This document shows positions 1 to 8,690 of a stretch of DNA of 64,000 bases, piece after piece. The DNA lies in assembly GCA_963665295.1 (NCBI GenBank), contig OY762209.1:3296001-3360000 (forward strand), in the 5' to 3' direction. Each line of letters starts with the position of its first letter. Position 1 is the stretch's first letter. The notes under the pieces are model-generated. The model searched no databases and was not told the origin of the DNA. It saw only the letters and a list, made by a program, of their open reading frames with translations. The position numbers and the translations under genes were made by a program. This stretch comes from Syntrophorhabdaceae bacterium. Its GTDB lineage: Bacteria; Desulfobacterota; Syntrophorhabdia; Syntrophorhabdales; Syntrophorhabdaceae.

Positions 1-3000
1 CGGGTCTTTCAGACGTATGAGGACTATAAGGAAGTCTACCGCCCGAAGACGAAGGACTATGGCCAAGAGGAGAGGCCGTGGATAGGAGTACTCTTCTACA
101 GGACCAGCGTCGAATCAGGACAGGTGAAACCCGTGGATGCCGTCATAAGAAGCCTTGAAGGGCAAGGTTATAACGTCCTGCCGGTCTTCGGCCACCCCAC
201 CGAGGCTGTTCTGGAAAAACTGTTTCTTTCGCCCTCCCAACCAAGGGTCCGGTTGATCGTGGCCCTGGGCGCCAAAATGGCGCAGAATCCGGACCTCGTA
301 ATCCCGCTCTTAAGCCGCTTGAACATTCCGGTAATCAATGCGATTGCCGTTTCCGGCAAGACGGGGGAGGAATGGCGCCGGTCCGCCGTTGGTCTCGACA
401 TTTTCGAAAGAGGCTGGCAGATCGCCGGTCCCGAGATGGCTGGGATCATAGAGCCCACAGTCGTGGCATCGAAAGAAAAACGGACCGATCCCGATACGGG
501 CCTTGATTATGTAGAATATTTTCCAATCCCGGAAAGGGTTCAAGCCCTCACCGACAGGGTCAAGGCCTGGATAAATCTCCAGGATAAATCTAACCTGGAC
601 AAGAAGGTGGCCCTCATTTATTATAATTACCCGCCGGGGAAACAGAACATTGGGGCTGCGTACCTCAATGTGCTGCCCGAAAGCCTCCATGAAATACTGA
701 AGAGGCTGAAGACCGAAGGATATGGTACAACGGACCAGGAGATAGGCAAGGAAAGGCTCTTCAGCGATATCCATAATTATGCAAGAAACATCGGTAATTG
801 GGCGCCCGGCGAACTTGACCGGATCGTCAAGAATGGAAAGCCCGTTCTTGTCCCGCTCGACACCTATAAGAAATGGTTTGCCGACCTGCCGGAGGCATTC
901 AGGAGCGCCGTCCTGAAAAGCTGGGGTCCTGTTGAACAAAGCAAGATCATGGTATGGCGGGACAAAAAGGGAAGAAGGTATCTGGTCATCCCTGCCGTAC
1001 GGTACGGCAATATCCTCTTCACGCCGCAGCCGTCACGGGGGTGGGAACAGGATGAACAGAAGCTTTACCACGATGTATTGCTCCCTCCGCACCACCAGTA
1101 TGTGGCCTTTTATCTATGGCTGAAAAACGTTTTCAAGGCCGACGCCGTAGCCCATGTGGGGACCCACGGCACGCATGAGTGGCTGCCCGGCAAGGAAGTG
1201 GGCTTCACCGAAGAGGACCCGCCCGAGGTCTTGATAGGGGCACTGCCCAATATCTATCCCTATAACGTGGATAATGTGGCCGAGGGGTTGCAAGCCAAGA
1301 GACGGGGCATGGCTGTGGTCATAGGCCACATGACACCTCCTTTTGATAAAGCCGGGTTAAACCTGGAAATGAAAAACCTCAACTCCCTTGTGAATGATTA
1401 CCGGGTTGCACGGGACAAGAATCCGCCCCTTGCGGCAACTAAACTGGAAGAGATCAATGACCTGGCCAAAAAAATAGGAATAATCAAAGATCTCGGCATC
1501 AACGCCATTACCGCCCGGGACATTGAAAAACTGGACGATTATATAAGCGATATTTCGGAAAAGCACGCGCCTTTCGGCCTCCATACCTTCGGGAGGTCCC
1601 CGGATGAAAAATATCTCAGAAGCACCGCGGAAGCGATTCTCTCCCTTGAAACAGGGCTCGAAAAGGAAGAGCGGGAAAAACGGATCGGCGAATTGGAAGA
1701 GAGGATGATGAAAAGCGGGCAGCGGGAGCTTGACTCCTTCATCGCAGCTCTCTCCGGCAAATATGTCCCTGCCGGTCTCGGCGGGGACCCCATCCGGAAC
1801 CCCGATTCATTGCCCACGGGGAGTAATTTCTATGCCTTCGACCCCACGATGATACCCGGAAAAACAGCGTATGAAACGGGCGCACGGCTTGCAAAGGATT
1901 TGATCGAAGGGTACAGGGGGAGGCACGGTATCTATCCGGACAGGCTGACATTTAATCTCTGGGCGGAAGAGACCATCCGCCATGAGGGCGTCATGGAATC
2001 TCAGATCATGTATCTCATGGGGGTAAGGCCGAAATGGGATGAGCGGGGAAGACCGATAGGGGTCGAAGCGATTCCGAGGGAGGAGCTTGGAAGGCAGCGG
2101 ATCGATGTCACCATTGTGCCGTCAGGTCTTTACCGGGATATATTTTCCAATCTCATGGCTCTCCTTGACAGCACGGTCAGCGTTGCGCGGGAGCAACAGG
2201 AAGAGGACAATATTATCAGGACCAATGTGAAGCGGACGAAACAAATGCTGATGGGGAAAGGCATTGCAGAGAATAAGGCCGAAAGGCTGGCCTCTGTGAG
2301 GATATTCACCGTGCCGTCCGGCGCATATGGAACTAATCTCGCGAATGTGATCCCAAAATCGAATACATGGGATAATGAGCAGAAGGTGGCCGATGTCTAC
2401 TTCATGAGGATGAGCCATATGTATGGACAGGGTTTTTGGGGAGCCAAGGAAGAGCAGGGGAAGGAAGACGTAAGCCGCACGCTTTTGAAGAATGCCCTTT
2501 CAGGCACGAAGGTGGCTATTCACAGCCGTTCGACCAATCTCTATGCGACCTTGGACAACAACGACTTTTTCCAGTATCTCGGCGGCGCCGCTATGGCGAT
2601 CCGCGCCGTTGATGGGAAAACACCGGAGGTCTATGTCACGAACATGGCCAACCCGAAGACGCCGAAACAGGAAACGCTTGAAAAAGTGATGGGCCAGGAG
2701 ATGCGCACCCGTTATCTCAACCCCGAATGGATAAAGGCAATGATGAAGAACGGGTATGCCGGTGCGCGGTTCATCGATAAAACGGTGGAGTATCTCTGGG
2801 GGTGGCAGGTCACCGTACCGGAGGCGGTTGACGGGGCCAAATGGAATGAAATGTATGAGACCTATGTTCTGGACAGGAACGGACTTGACATCAAGGGGAT
2901 GTTCGGGCGGGCCGGGAATATGCACGCCTACCAATCTCTTACAGCGAGAATGCTTGAGACCGCGAGAAAAGGGTACTGGAAGCCGGATAAAGAAGTTATC

Positions 3001-3408
3001 GATACGCTGGCAAAGGAATATGCTCAAAGCGCCAATGAAGTGGGGCTTGCCTGTTGCGACCATACCTGTAACAACCCTCAGCTTACTGCTTTTGCTGCAA
3101 AGACCCTGGTGTCCGTTCCGGGCATGAGCGGCATCACCAAGGGTTTTATGAAGGCCCTCGATTCAGTAAAAAATCCCCAAGGACAAAAGGGCAGACAGCC
3201 CGAACAGAGAGGCGCAAGCGGTCCGGCCTCCAGTGTTCTGGAACGAGGCCCTGCCGGTAAGGGTAAAACCGTGACGGGTTATGAAATGGAGGAGGTGGGC
3301 ATGTCGGGAGGGGCTTCATCGGCTCCCATACCATATTTGTTCCTTATCGGCTTTATCGTGTTCATTGGCCTTATCGCAGTAGGCTTCAGGAGACGATCTG
3401 GACAATAG
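1..3408 (+). CDS. cobN: CobN/Mg-chelatase-family protein, 5'-partial, with a C-terminal membrane anchor (HmuS/BtuS-like architecture)
   Basis: Frame is open from base 1 (RVFQ..PWIGVLFYR). Family motifs YYNYPPGK, HVGTHGTHEWLPGK, P.GLH.FG, LPTG.NFY, RIDV..SGLYRD and R.RYLNPEW are present. It ends in CCDHTCNNP, a linker, a hydrophobic helix and RRR. Confidence 0.85.
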   Translation, partial: RVFQTYEDYKEVYRPKTKDYGQEERPWIGVLFYRTSVESGQVKPVDAVIRSLEGQGYNVLPVFGHPTEAVLEKLFLSPSQPRVRLIVALGAKMAQNPDLVIPLLSRLNIPVINAIAVSGKTGEEWRRSAVGLDIFERGWQIAGPEMAGIIEPTVVASKEKRTDPDTGLDYVEYFPIPERVQALTDRVKAWINLQDKSNLDKKVALIYYNYPPGKQNIGAAYLNVLPESLHEILKRLKTEGYGTTDQEIGKERLFSDIHNYARNIGNWAPGELDRIVKNGKPVLVPLDTYKKWFADLPEAFRSAVLKSWGPVEQSKIMVWRDKKGRRYLVIPAVRYGNILFTPQPSRGWEQDEQKLYHDVLLPPHHQYVAFYLWLKNVFKADAVAHVGTHGTHEWLPGKEVGFTEEDPPEVLIGALPNIYPYNVDNVAEGLQAKRRGMAVVIGHMTPPFDKAGLNLEMKNLNSLVNDYRVARDKNPPLAATKLEEINDLAKKIGIIKDLGINAITARDIEKLDDYISDISEKHAPFGLHTFGRSPDEKYLRSTAEAILSLETGLEKEEREKRIGELEERMMKSGQRELDSFIAALSGKYVPAGLGGDPIRNPDSLPTGSNFYAFDPTMIPGKTAYETGARLAKDLIEGYRGRHGIYPDRLTFNLWAEETIRHEGVMESQIMYLMGVRPKWDERGRPIGVEAIPREELGRQRIDVTIVPSGLYRDIFSNLMALLDSTVSVAREQQEEDNIIRTNVKRTKQMLMGKGIAENKAERLASVRIFTVPSGAYGTNLANVIPKSNTWDNEQKVADVYFMRMSHMYGQGFWGAKEEQGKEDVSRTLLKNALSGTKVAIHSRSTNLYATLDNNDFFQYLGGAAMAIRAVDGKTPEVYVTNMANPKTPKQETLEKVMGQEMRTRYLNPEWIKAMMKNGYAGARFIDKTVEYLWGWQVTVPEAVDGAKWNEMYETYVLDRNGLDIKGMFGRAGNMHAYQSLTARMLETARKGYWKPDKEVIDTLAKEYAQSANEVGLACCDHTCNNPQLTAFAAKTLVSVPGMSGITKGFMKALDSVKNPQGQKGRQPEQRGASGPASSVLERGPAGKGKTVTGYEMEEVGMSGGASSAPIPYLFLIGFIVFIGLIAVGFRRRSGQ

Positions 3409-3623
3409 GGGATTGAAAGCCGACTGGACACAACTTTCTTTCTACCTACAAATCTGTCGCCTCACCGCTCACCCGGTTTCCGTATTTTCCACGTGGGATA
3501 AATTCTGTGGATCGGAAATAAAGTTGTTAAACAATCACCGCTTTGGGTCGGTTCCTTCGATTGGCGCGTGATATGGAATCATAATTTTGGAATAGTGGAA
3601 GTGGCTCACCGAATTATAGCGCC

Positions 3624-3809
3624 CTATTTTTCAAGGAGGATGTTCCCCCCGACAAAATTTATACTTCTTATGTTTGCCTCTATCGTTTCGGTCTCCTGCA
3701 AAAGGGTGGTGAGAGTAATAGTTTTCCCCGATATCTCCAGATAAGCTATATCCTTTAACAGGATCTCATTCCCATCGTCTTTTTTTAGATATGCCTTTGC
3801 CAAGCACAT
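3624..3809 (-). CDS. cooT: CooT-family nickel-binding protein
   Basis: 61 aa; MC-x-AKAYL N-terminus (Cys2), beta-rich pattern, ending I.SINF...ILL, typical of CooT. Confidence 0.75.
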   Translation of the reverse strand: MCLAKAYLKKDDGNEILLKDIAYLEISGKTITLTTLLQETETIEANIRSINFVGGNILLEK

Positions 3810-3812
3810 ATT

Positions 3813-4028
3813 TTACCTCCCCTTTCCCCTCAATATGCTGAGGGCATGTTCCAGGCTTTCGTTCGACCGCTTCATATATTCAACCCCTTTTGCCAGGTCA
3901 TCGCACATCACGGCCTCTCCAAGGCCCTTTGCTTTCTCTACCAGAACAGTAATCTCCTCCGCATGGTCTCTGTTATGCTGAATCAGGTAATCCAGAAATA
4001 CATCTAATTTTCTTAATTCTTCATCCAT
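3813..4028 (-). CDS. small helical hypothetical protein with a HNxxH motif, probably metal-binding
   Basis: 71 aa, LIQHNRDHAEE; GGGGAG RBS; 3 nt from cooT. Confidence 0.6.
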   Translation of the reverse strand: MDEELRKLDVFLDYLIQHNRDHAEEITVLVEKAKGLGEAVMCDDLAKGVEYMKRSNESLEHALSILRGKGR

Positions 4029-4273
4029 ATGTTCTTATCTCCCCATTCTTCTTTTTGCTTCAACTGCGCTTTACTGAACATAATACGGGTGGCCGTCATT
4101 ATCTGGCCTTCACATCTTACTGCACCGGCAACTAAATACAGCAATGTATAGTCTACGCTTTTCTTGAAGGAATACGTAGCGAGTTTTTCGCCAAACTCTA
4201 TTTTCGCGCCGACCGGCGATTTACCGAGCTGATATCCTGAGACTATCTCTGTCGTTGTGGCATCCTACGCGGA

Positions 4274-4912
4274 CTATTTCCTTGCAATGATGCAGTAGAA
4301 ACCAGGTTCATCGATAAAAATGGCGATGCCAAGGCTCGCCGTGTTGAGCAAAGAGCGCATGGCAGTCTCGTCGGGTAGATGGTCGTGCATGACGGCATGG
4401 CATGATCCGTGGTGTTTGTTTATGCCTTCCGACGAGTCGAAATGCGCCACTGCAAAAACCCCGCCCGGCTTGAGGATACGCGAAAGTGTCGCCACGGCCT
4501 TTCCCTTGTCCTGAAAGTGTGGAAAGCAAGAGAAGCAGATCAGCAGATCGCAAGAGGCGTCATCGAGCGGCGCGTCCTCCGCGTCCGAAACGATGAATCG
4601 AATGTTGTCTTCTCCATGGAGGCGCCGATTGGCCTCTATCATCTTATCCGCGAAATCAAGTTCGTAGAGCGTACCGGTTGCGGCTATGCGGTCCAGAATA
4701 GGCGGGACCAGTACCCCCGTTCCACACCCCACGTCCAGTACGTGGTCTCCCAGCTTGAGAGGCAGGAGCGAAAAGAGCCGCTCAAAATCCTTCACATGTT
4801 TATCGTGACGCCCGGTAGCCGGGTCTTTGTACCACATATCGCGCCAGCTTTCGGCGTGGTCGTTGAAGAACGTCTTCCGTGTCTTATAGATCTCATCGGG
4901 TGTCATTTTCAT
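4274..4912 (-). CDS. class I SAM-dependent methyltransferase
   Basis: VLDVGCGTG motif I, L.PGG, His-rich HHGSCHAVMHDH; start MKMT at 4912 after AAGGAG. Confidence 0.85.
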   Translation of the reverse strand: MKMTPDEIYKTRKTFFNDHAESWRDMWYKDPATGRHDKHVKDFERLFSLLPLKLGDHVLDVGCGTGVLVPPILDRIAATGTLYELDFADKMIEANRRLHGEDNIRFIVSDAEDAPLDDASCDLLICFSCFPHFQDKGKAVATLSRILKPGGVFAVAHFDSSEGINKHHGSCHAVMHDHLPDETAMRSLLNTASLGIAIFIDEPGFYCIIARK

Positions 4913-5756
4913 AAAATATGCTCCTTTTCGTGATTCTTGCCGCATGGCGTTTGGGCGAAAAGATGTAAGAGACCGTAAAGATGGCTGTCGCCATGAGAAC
5001 CACCGACGCGCCGGACGGAAGATCAAAGATATACGATACTATGAGACCGGAGACGCAGGCCCCGATCCCCGAAGCCGCAGAAATGAGAAAAAAATGTTTC
5101 AAATTGTACGTCAGTTGGAGCGCCGTGGCCCCCGGCTGCACAAGAAGGGCGAAGATAAGAAGACCACCGACCGTCGCGAGGTTGGAAGAGACCACGGCCC
5201 CGGTAAGAAAGAGAAGGGCATAATAGATAAACCGCTCAGGGACGCCACTTGCCCCGGCAAGCCGCCTGTTGAACATCACGGAACGGATCTCCTTGAAGAA
5301 CATTACTACAAAAAGTACGAGAACCGATGCGACGACAGTGAGCACCGTGATGTCCGCTCCGGTGAGGCTGAGCAGGCTTCCCCACATGAGGTTCAAGGCC
5401 CCGGCCTTTGTCCTTGTGAGGATTCCCATTCCGAGGAAGGCAAGTCCCATGAGAAAGGAGAATATGATTCCGAGCACGTTCTCCGGCGCCATATCCGTAC
5501 GATCCGAAAGGGGGCCTATCAGTCCCGCCACCGCAAGGCACAAGACAAACCCGCTGAGAAACGGATTGACGCCAATGAGCATGCCCAGCACGGCGCCCGC
5601 GAGGGCAGCGTGGGACATGGCGACCCCTATGAGCGGCATCTTCATGAGAACGATAAACACGGAGAGCACGGAGCAGCTCACTCCGCAGAGTACGCAGGCA
5701 AGAGAGGCGCGCTGGATGGGAGGGTATCCCATGACATCTGCCAGATGTTCAACCAT
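4893..5756 (-). CDS. metal (Zn/Mn/Co/Ni) ABC transporter permease, ZnuB-like
   Basis: Multiple TM helices; SHAALAG, L.WGSLL, VGGLLI.ALLV.P and DLPSGA motifs of ABC-3 permeases. Confidence 0.9.
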   Translation of the reverse strand: MVEHLADVMGYPPIQRASLACVLCGVSCSVLSVFIVLMKMPLIGVAMSHAALAGAVLGMLIGVNPFLSGFVLCLAVAGLIGPLSDRTDMAPENVLGIIFSFLMGLAFLGMGILTRTKAGALNLMWGSLLSLTGADITVLTVVASVLVLFVVMFFKEIRSVMFNRRLAGASGVPERFIYYALLFLTGAVVSSNLATVGGLLIFALLVQPGATALQLTYNLKHFFLISAASGIGACVSGLIVSYIFDLPSGASVVLMATAIFTVSYIFSPKRHAARITKRSIFYENDTR

Positions 5757-6020
5757 AGGAAACAAACCTCCTCCCTTTTCGCTCAAAAGTCTCAAGAGGG
5801 TACTGAAAGAGCCTGCTTAGCGTCTCGCCCGACAATGCCTCGCTTGTGTCACCATCGAAAACGATCTTCCCGTGATTCACGAGTACGGCGCGCCGCATCG
5901 CGGTGGGGAGCATCGTGAAATCGTGGGTGACAAAAAGCAAGGTCAGAACTTCACGCTCATGAATTTCGTTTATGAGGTTCAAGGCTTCTCTCTGGACGGC
6001 GATATCGAGGCCCGCCGTCG
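5749..6020 (-). pseudogene. 3' remnant of a metal ABC transporter ATPase (ZnuC-like); 5' part missing
   Basis: Reads TAGLDIAVQREALNLI..FVTHD (D-loop and H-switch). Upstream of 6020 the frame reads KTTLTNAA instead of LLLDEP and runs into the coupling-protein gene. Confidence 0.85.
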
Positions 6021-6040
6021 CGGCATTTGTGAGGGTCGTT

Positions 6041-7744
6041 TTATGCCGTACCCAAGGAGCCGAACATGGGTTCTTCCATGAGCGGGTCCGCCTCGGCCTG
6101 TCGTTCGATAATTGTATCGAGTAGCAGGTTCTCCCGGATTATAAACGAGGTCGTTCGCGTAGGATACTCTCTTATCGCGAATCTGGTCAGGGTGATAGAC
6201 GGGTTGTTCGGCACCTTCACGTATGCATGAAGATCCGGAAGGTTCATAAGCTCCGAGTCAAGTATGAGCCTTTGCCTCTTCCTCCTTTGCGTGAGAGATA
6301 CCCCGTCCCGGTAGTTTGCGACGCCCATGCTGTAGGTTTCCTCCGCCTCCATGATCTCCGTGTCTCCGATTTTGTCGACCAGGTACTTGGCGGTGCGGGG
6401 ATCGGAGACTGCGAACATGACTGATGAGCCGCAGGCATTGACGATGGTGTCGGCCACGTCCTGGGTATAGAGCTTATTAAGCTGCCCGATATCCTGTATG
6501 CCTATCCAGCAGGAACCTCCCTTGCTCCGGGAAGCGATAAGCAATTCCTTGATACTTGAGAGCCTCTGAAGGGTGCCGAACTCATCGAGGAGGAAGAAGA
6601 CCCTCCTTTGAAGATCGTCCGGAAGGGAAAGGAGTTTCTTCCCGAGAAAGTCGATGAAGAGGCTCAGGATGGGTTTCAGGGTGTCTTTAAGGTCCGACTG
6701 ATTAGTGACAAAGATGAACCCCGGCCTCTCGTTCGAGAGCCATTCGGTGACAGAAAATGCGCCCTCGTCTTTCGACATGTACTCGAACGCAGCGGTGTAC
6801 TGCATCATTGTTGCAAAGACAGAGAGCGCCTGCTTCGAGCTTGCATCTTCAATGTACCGGAAGCCTGTTTGCCCTTCCGGGGTCGCTCTCAACCAGTTGT
6901 GTATGTCTTCCCCTGGTGCGGTGACTCCTCCCCATATGTCTGAATTAGTCCTCCGGTCGTGCTGCCAGAGGTAGTGAAGTATCCCGGAGAAGACTCCCCT
7001 CGCGGCGTCGTTCCAGAACGTGTCACCGGTATAGACGGGAGGTATCAGAGAGGAAGCCATGACGTTGATATCGAGCTTCGTCTTGATGTCGGAAAAGAGG
7101 TTCCATCCCGCAGACCGGCGGTCGAGCGGATTGAAAAGAATGTCGCGGTCTGGATCGTAGAAGCGGGAGACATAGTCTCCCTTGAAGTCGTAGATCACCC
7201 CCTTCGCTTTTCGTTCGATGAGTCTCTCCACTACCTGGGAGAGAAAGACCGTCTTCCCGGTTCCGGGTCTGCCGACCGTGAGACAATGTTTCGTCTCCTC
7301 CTTCGCGGGCAGCCTGAACGACCCGAAGGGAAGGTCGCCATTGCCGATCTGCCGGGCGAACTCTTGGATGCTCACAAGGTCCGCACCGGCAAGATGCTTG
7401 GTCTCCAGTTGTCTTCTTGATCTGCCCTTGAACAGCGCGATGGCGAAGGGATACCCAAAGTAGATCGCGGAGCTTGCGAGGAAGACGCATAAGAAGTTCC
7501 AGAAGAGATACGTGAAGTAAGGCCACACAATGTTCATGTCGGGGGCGCGGAATATCTTCGCCGAGTCAAATACGTACCTCCCGACTGCGGCATACCTCTG
7601 CCCCTGAAGGAAGTACGTCACGGTGACGGTGATTATGACCTGAAGGAGAAGGAAGATAAGGAAGATGTACAGGTGCATCTTGATCGCCATGCGAAGGCCG
7701 TTGAACCATGTCTCGAATCCTTTATACGAGTTCGTGCTTTTCAC
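6041..7744 (-). CDS. type IV coupling protein, TrwB/TraD family
   Basis: Two N-terminal TM helices, Walker A GRPGTGKT, YDFKG, NPLDRRS, FW..AAR, Walker B LLDEFGTL, SRSKGG, GIQDIGQL. Confidence 0.92.
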   Translation of the reverse strand: MKSTNSYKGFETWFNGLRMAIKMHLYIFLIFLLLQVIITVTVTYFLQGQRYAAVGRYVFDSAKIFRAPDMNIVWPYFTYLFWNFLCVFLASSAIYFGYPFAIALFKGRSRRQLETKHLAGADLVSIQEFARQIGNGDLPFGSFRLPAKEETKHCLTVGRPGTGKTVFLSQVVERLIERKAKGVIYDFKGDYVSRFYDPDRDILFNPLDRRSAGWNLFSDIKTKLDINVMASSLIPPVYTGDTFWNDAARGVFSGILHYLWQHDRRTNSDIWGGVTAPGEDIHNWLRATPEGQTGFRYIEDASSKQALSVFATMMQYTAAFEYMSKDEGAFSVTEWLSNERPGFIFVTNQSDLKDTLKPILSLFIDFLGKKLLSLPDDLQRRVFFLLDEFGTLQRLSSIKELLIASRSKGGSCWIGIQDIGQLNKLYTQDVADTIVNACGSSVMFAVSDPRTAKYLVDKIGDTEIMEAEETYSMGVANYRDGVSLTQRRKRQRLILDSELMNLPDLHAYVKVPNNPSITLTRFAIREYPTRTTSFIIRENLLLDTIIERQAEADPLMEEPMFGSLGTA

Positions 7745-8094
7745 TGCTCTCCTCCGTTACCCACAGTCGTCTTGAGCGTCTGAAAAAGCTGTTTCAGTTC
7801 GGTGGTGTGGTGCGCATAGGCTGTCGGATTTCCGATGGTCATCGCGTGGGCGAGATATGTAACTGTCGCGAGGAGTGCTTCTTTGTCTGGAAGCTGTTTC
7901 AGGAAAGCGCCCATGGTATTCTTCAGGTCGGCCATGTCGGTGAAGAGATTTTGAAAGGCTGCTGTCTCCTTCGCCGCCGTTTTGTCGTCGGAGAAAAGGA
8001 GATCACGGACATAGTCTGAGGTGCTTTTGCTCCCCCGGAGGCTTTGCAGTTTGGCGAATGCTTCGTCGGTGAGTTTGACCGATATATGCTTCAT
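7741..8094 (-). CDS. ribbon-helix-helix relaxosome accessory protein (TrwA-like position)
   Basis: N-terminal ISVKLTDEAFAKL..STSDYVRDLL RHH pattern; ATGA-coupled to the T4CP; lies next to oriT. Confidence 0.6.
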   Translation of the reverse strand: MKHISVKLTDEAFAKLQSLRGSKSTSDYVRDLLFSDDKTAAKETAAFQNLFTDMADLKNTMGAFLKQLPDKEALLATVTYLAHAMTIGNPTAYAHHTTELKQLFQTLKTTVGNGGEQ

Positions 8095-8192
8095 TCTTCT
8101 GCCTCCCTTCTTCCGGCTGCTGCTTCAAGTATGTGTTTGGGCCGGATATAGTCGAGTTTCTGACGGTCTGCGAGGGTCATTCTTACTCTCAT
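8091..8192 (-). CDS. 33-aa micro-ORF (MRVRMTLADRQKLD...)
   Basis: Strong RBS AAAGGAGG-aaagc-ATG; its stop overlaps the start of the next gene (ATGA). Confidence 0.45.
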   Translation of the reverse strand: MRVRMTLADRQKLDYIRPKHILEAAAGRREAEE

Positions 8193-8213
8193 GCTTTCCT
8201 CCTTTTTGCCTAT

Positions 8214-8420
8214 TTTGGTGGTGAAACCGGTACTACAAATGGGTGGTACCGGTTGGACTGCCGATCCTAAGCAATTACCCAATGTTTCAAGTCCCATCAA
8301 ATGATGGTACTACGCTCACGAGGACCGGTTTCACCGCCAAAGCTCAATGAATCCAAAGTCTTCCGCCGAGGCGGTAAAACGGCTTGCAAATGGTCCCTTT
8401 TGCGTTAGGTGTGTACCCCT
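8214..8420 (+). other. origin of transfer (oriT), MOB-F type; predicted nic between 8412 and 8413
   Basis: GCAAATGG-tc-CCTTTTGC hairpin (8386-8403) runs into TGCGTTAGGTGT^GTAC, matching F/IncN-type nic consensus. Also an 18-bp inverted repeat (8214-8231/8324-8341, 17/18 match) and GGTACTAC direct repeats (8229, 8306). Confidence 0.8.
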
Positions 8421-8501
8421 TTAGTGCCCGGCTTGCTCTACGGGAAAAACAGAGCAAAGAGAGAATAGTCTTCCATCCCGAATGGTTCTTTTTCTTGAAG
8501 A

Positions 8502-8690
8502 TCATAATAATACCTCCTCTATTTCCTTCCGGAATTTGTCTGTGTCGAAGGCTTTGAAACCTGATTCATAGTGCTTCATGGTGACCCTTCCGACTTTGAT
8601 CATCTGCTGCTCTTCGAGGCGGTCTGCCTGGGCTAAAAGGTCCTTCGCTTTCTGCCTGAGTTGGGCCGGTGTACCGTTTCTCTGTGTCAT
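8502..8690 (-). CDS. small hypothetical protein coupled to the relaxase
   Basis: 62 aa; ATGA overlap with the relaxase stop; AGGGAGG RBS. Confidence 0.55.
   Translation of the reverse strand: MTQRNGTPAQLRQKAKDLLAQADRLEEQQMIKVGRVTMKHYESGFKAFDTDKFRKEIEEVLL

Noticed and set aside
3409..3623. Possible attL or cobalamin riboswitch in the AT-rich gap after cobN
   Set aside because: No tRNA-Arg 3' duplicate and no B12-box consensus seen; it lies between convergent gene ends.
4010..4262. Stop-free minus-strand frame of about 80 codons between the methyltransferase and the HNxxH gene
   Set aside because: No convincing start or RBS and no recognisable family.
4944..5918. Long antisense ORFs (for example 4944-5918, 31031-32299, 34711-35886, 37966-38937, 43674-45080)
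   Set aside because: They shadow well-supported genes on the opposite strand and lack family motifs.
6021..6045. KTTL in frame upstream of the ATPase remnant as a Walker A motif
   Set aside because: Preceded by WVRH rather than GxxGxG and overlaps the T4CP stop; coincidental.
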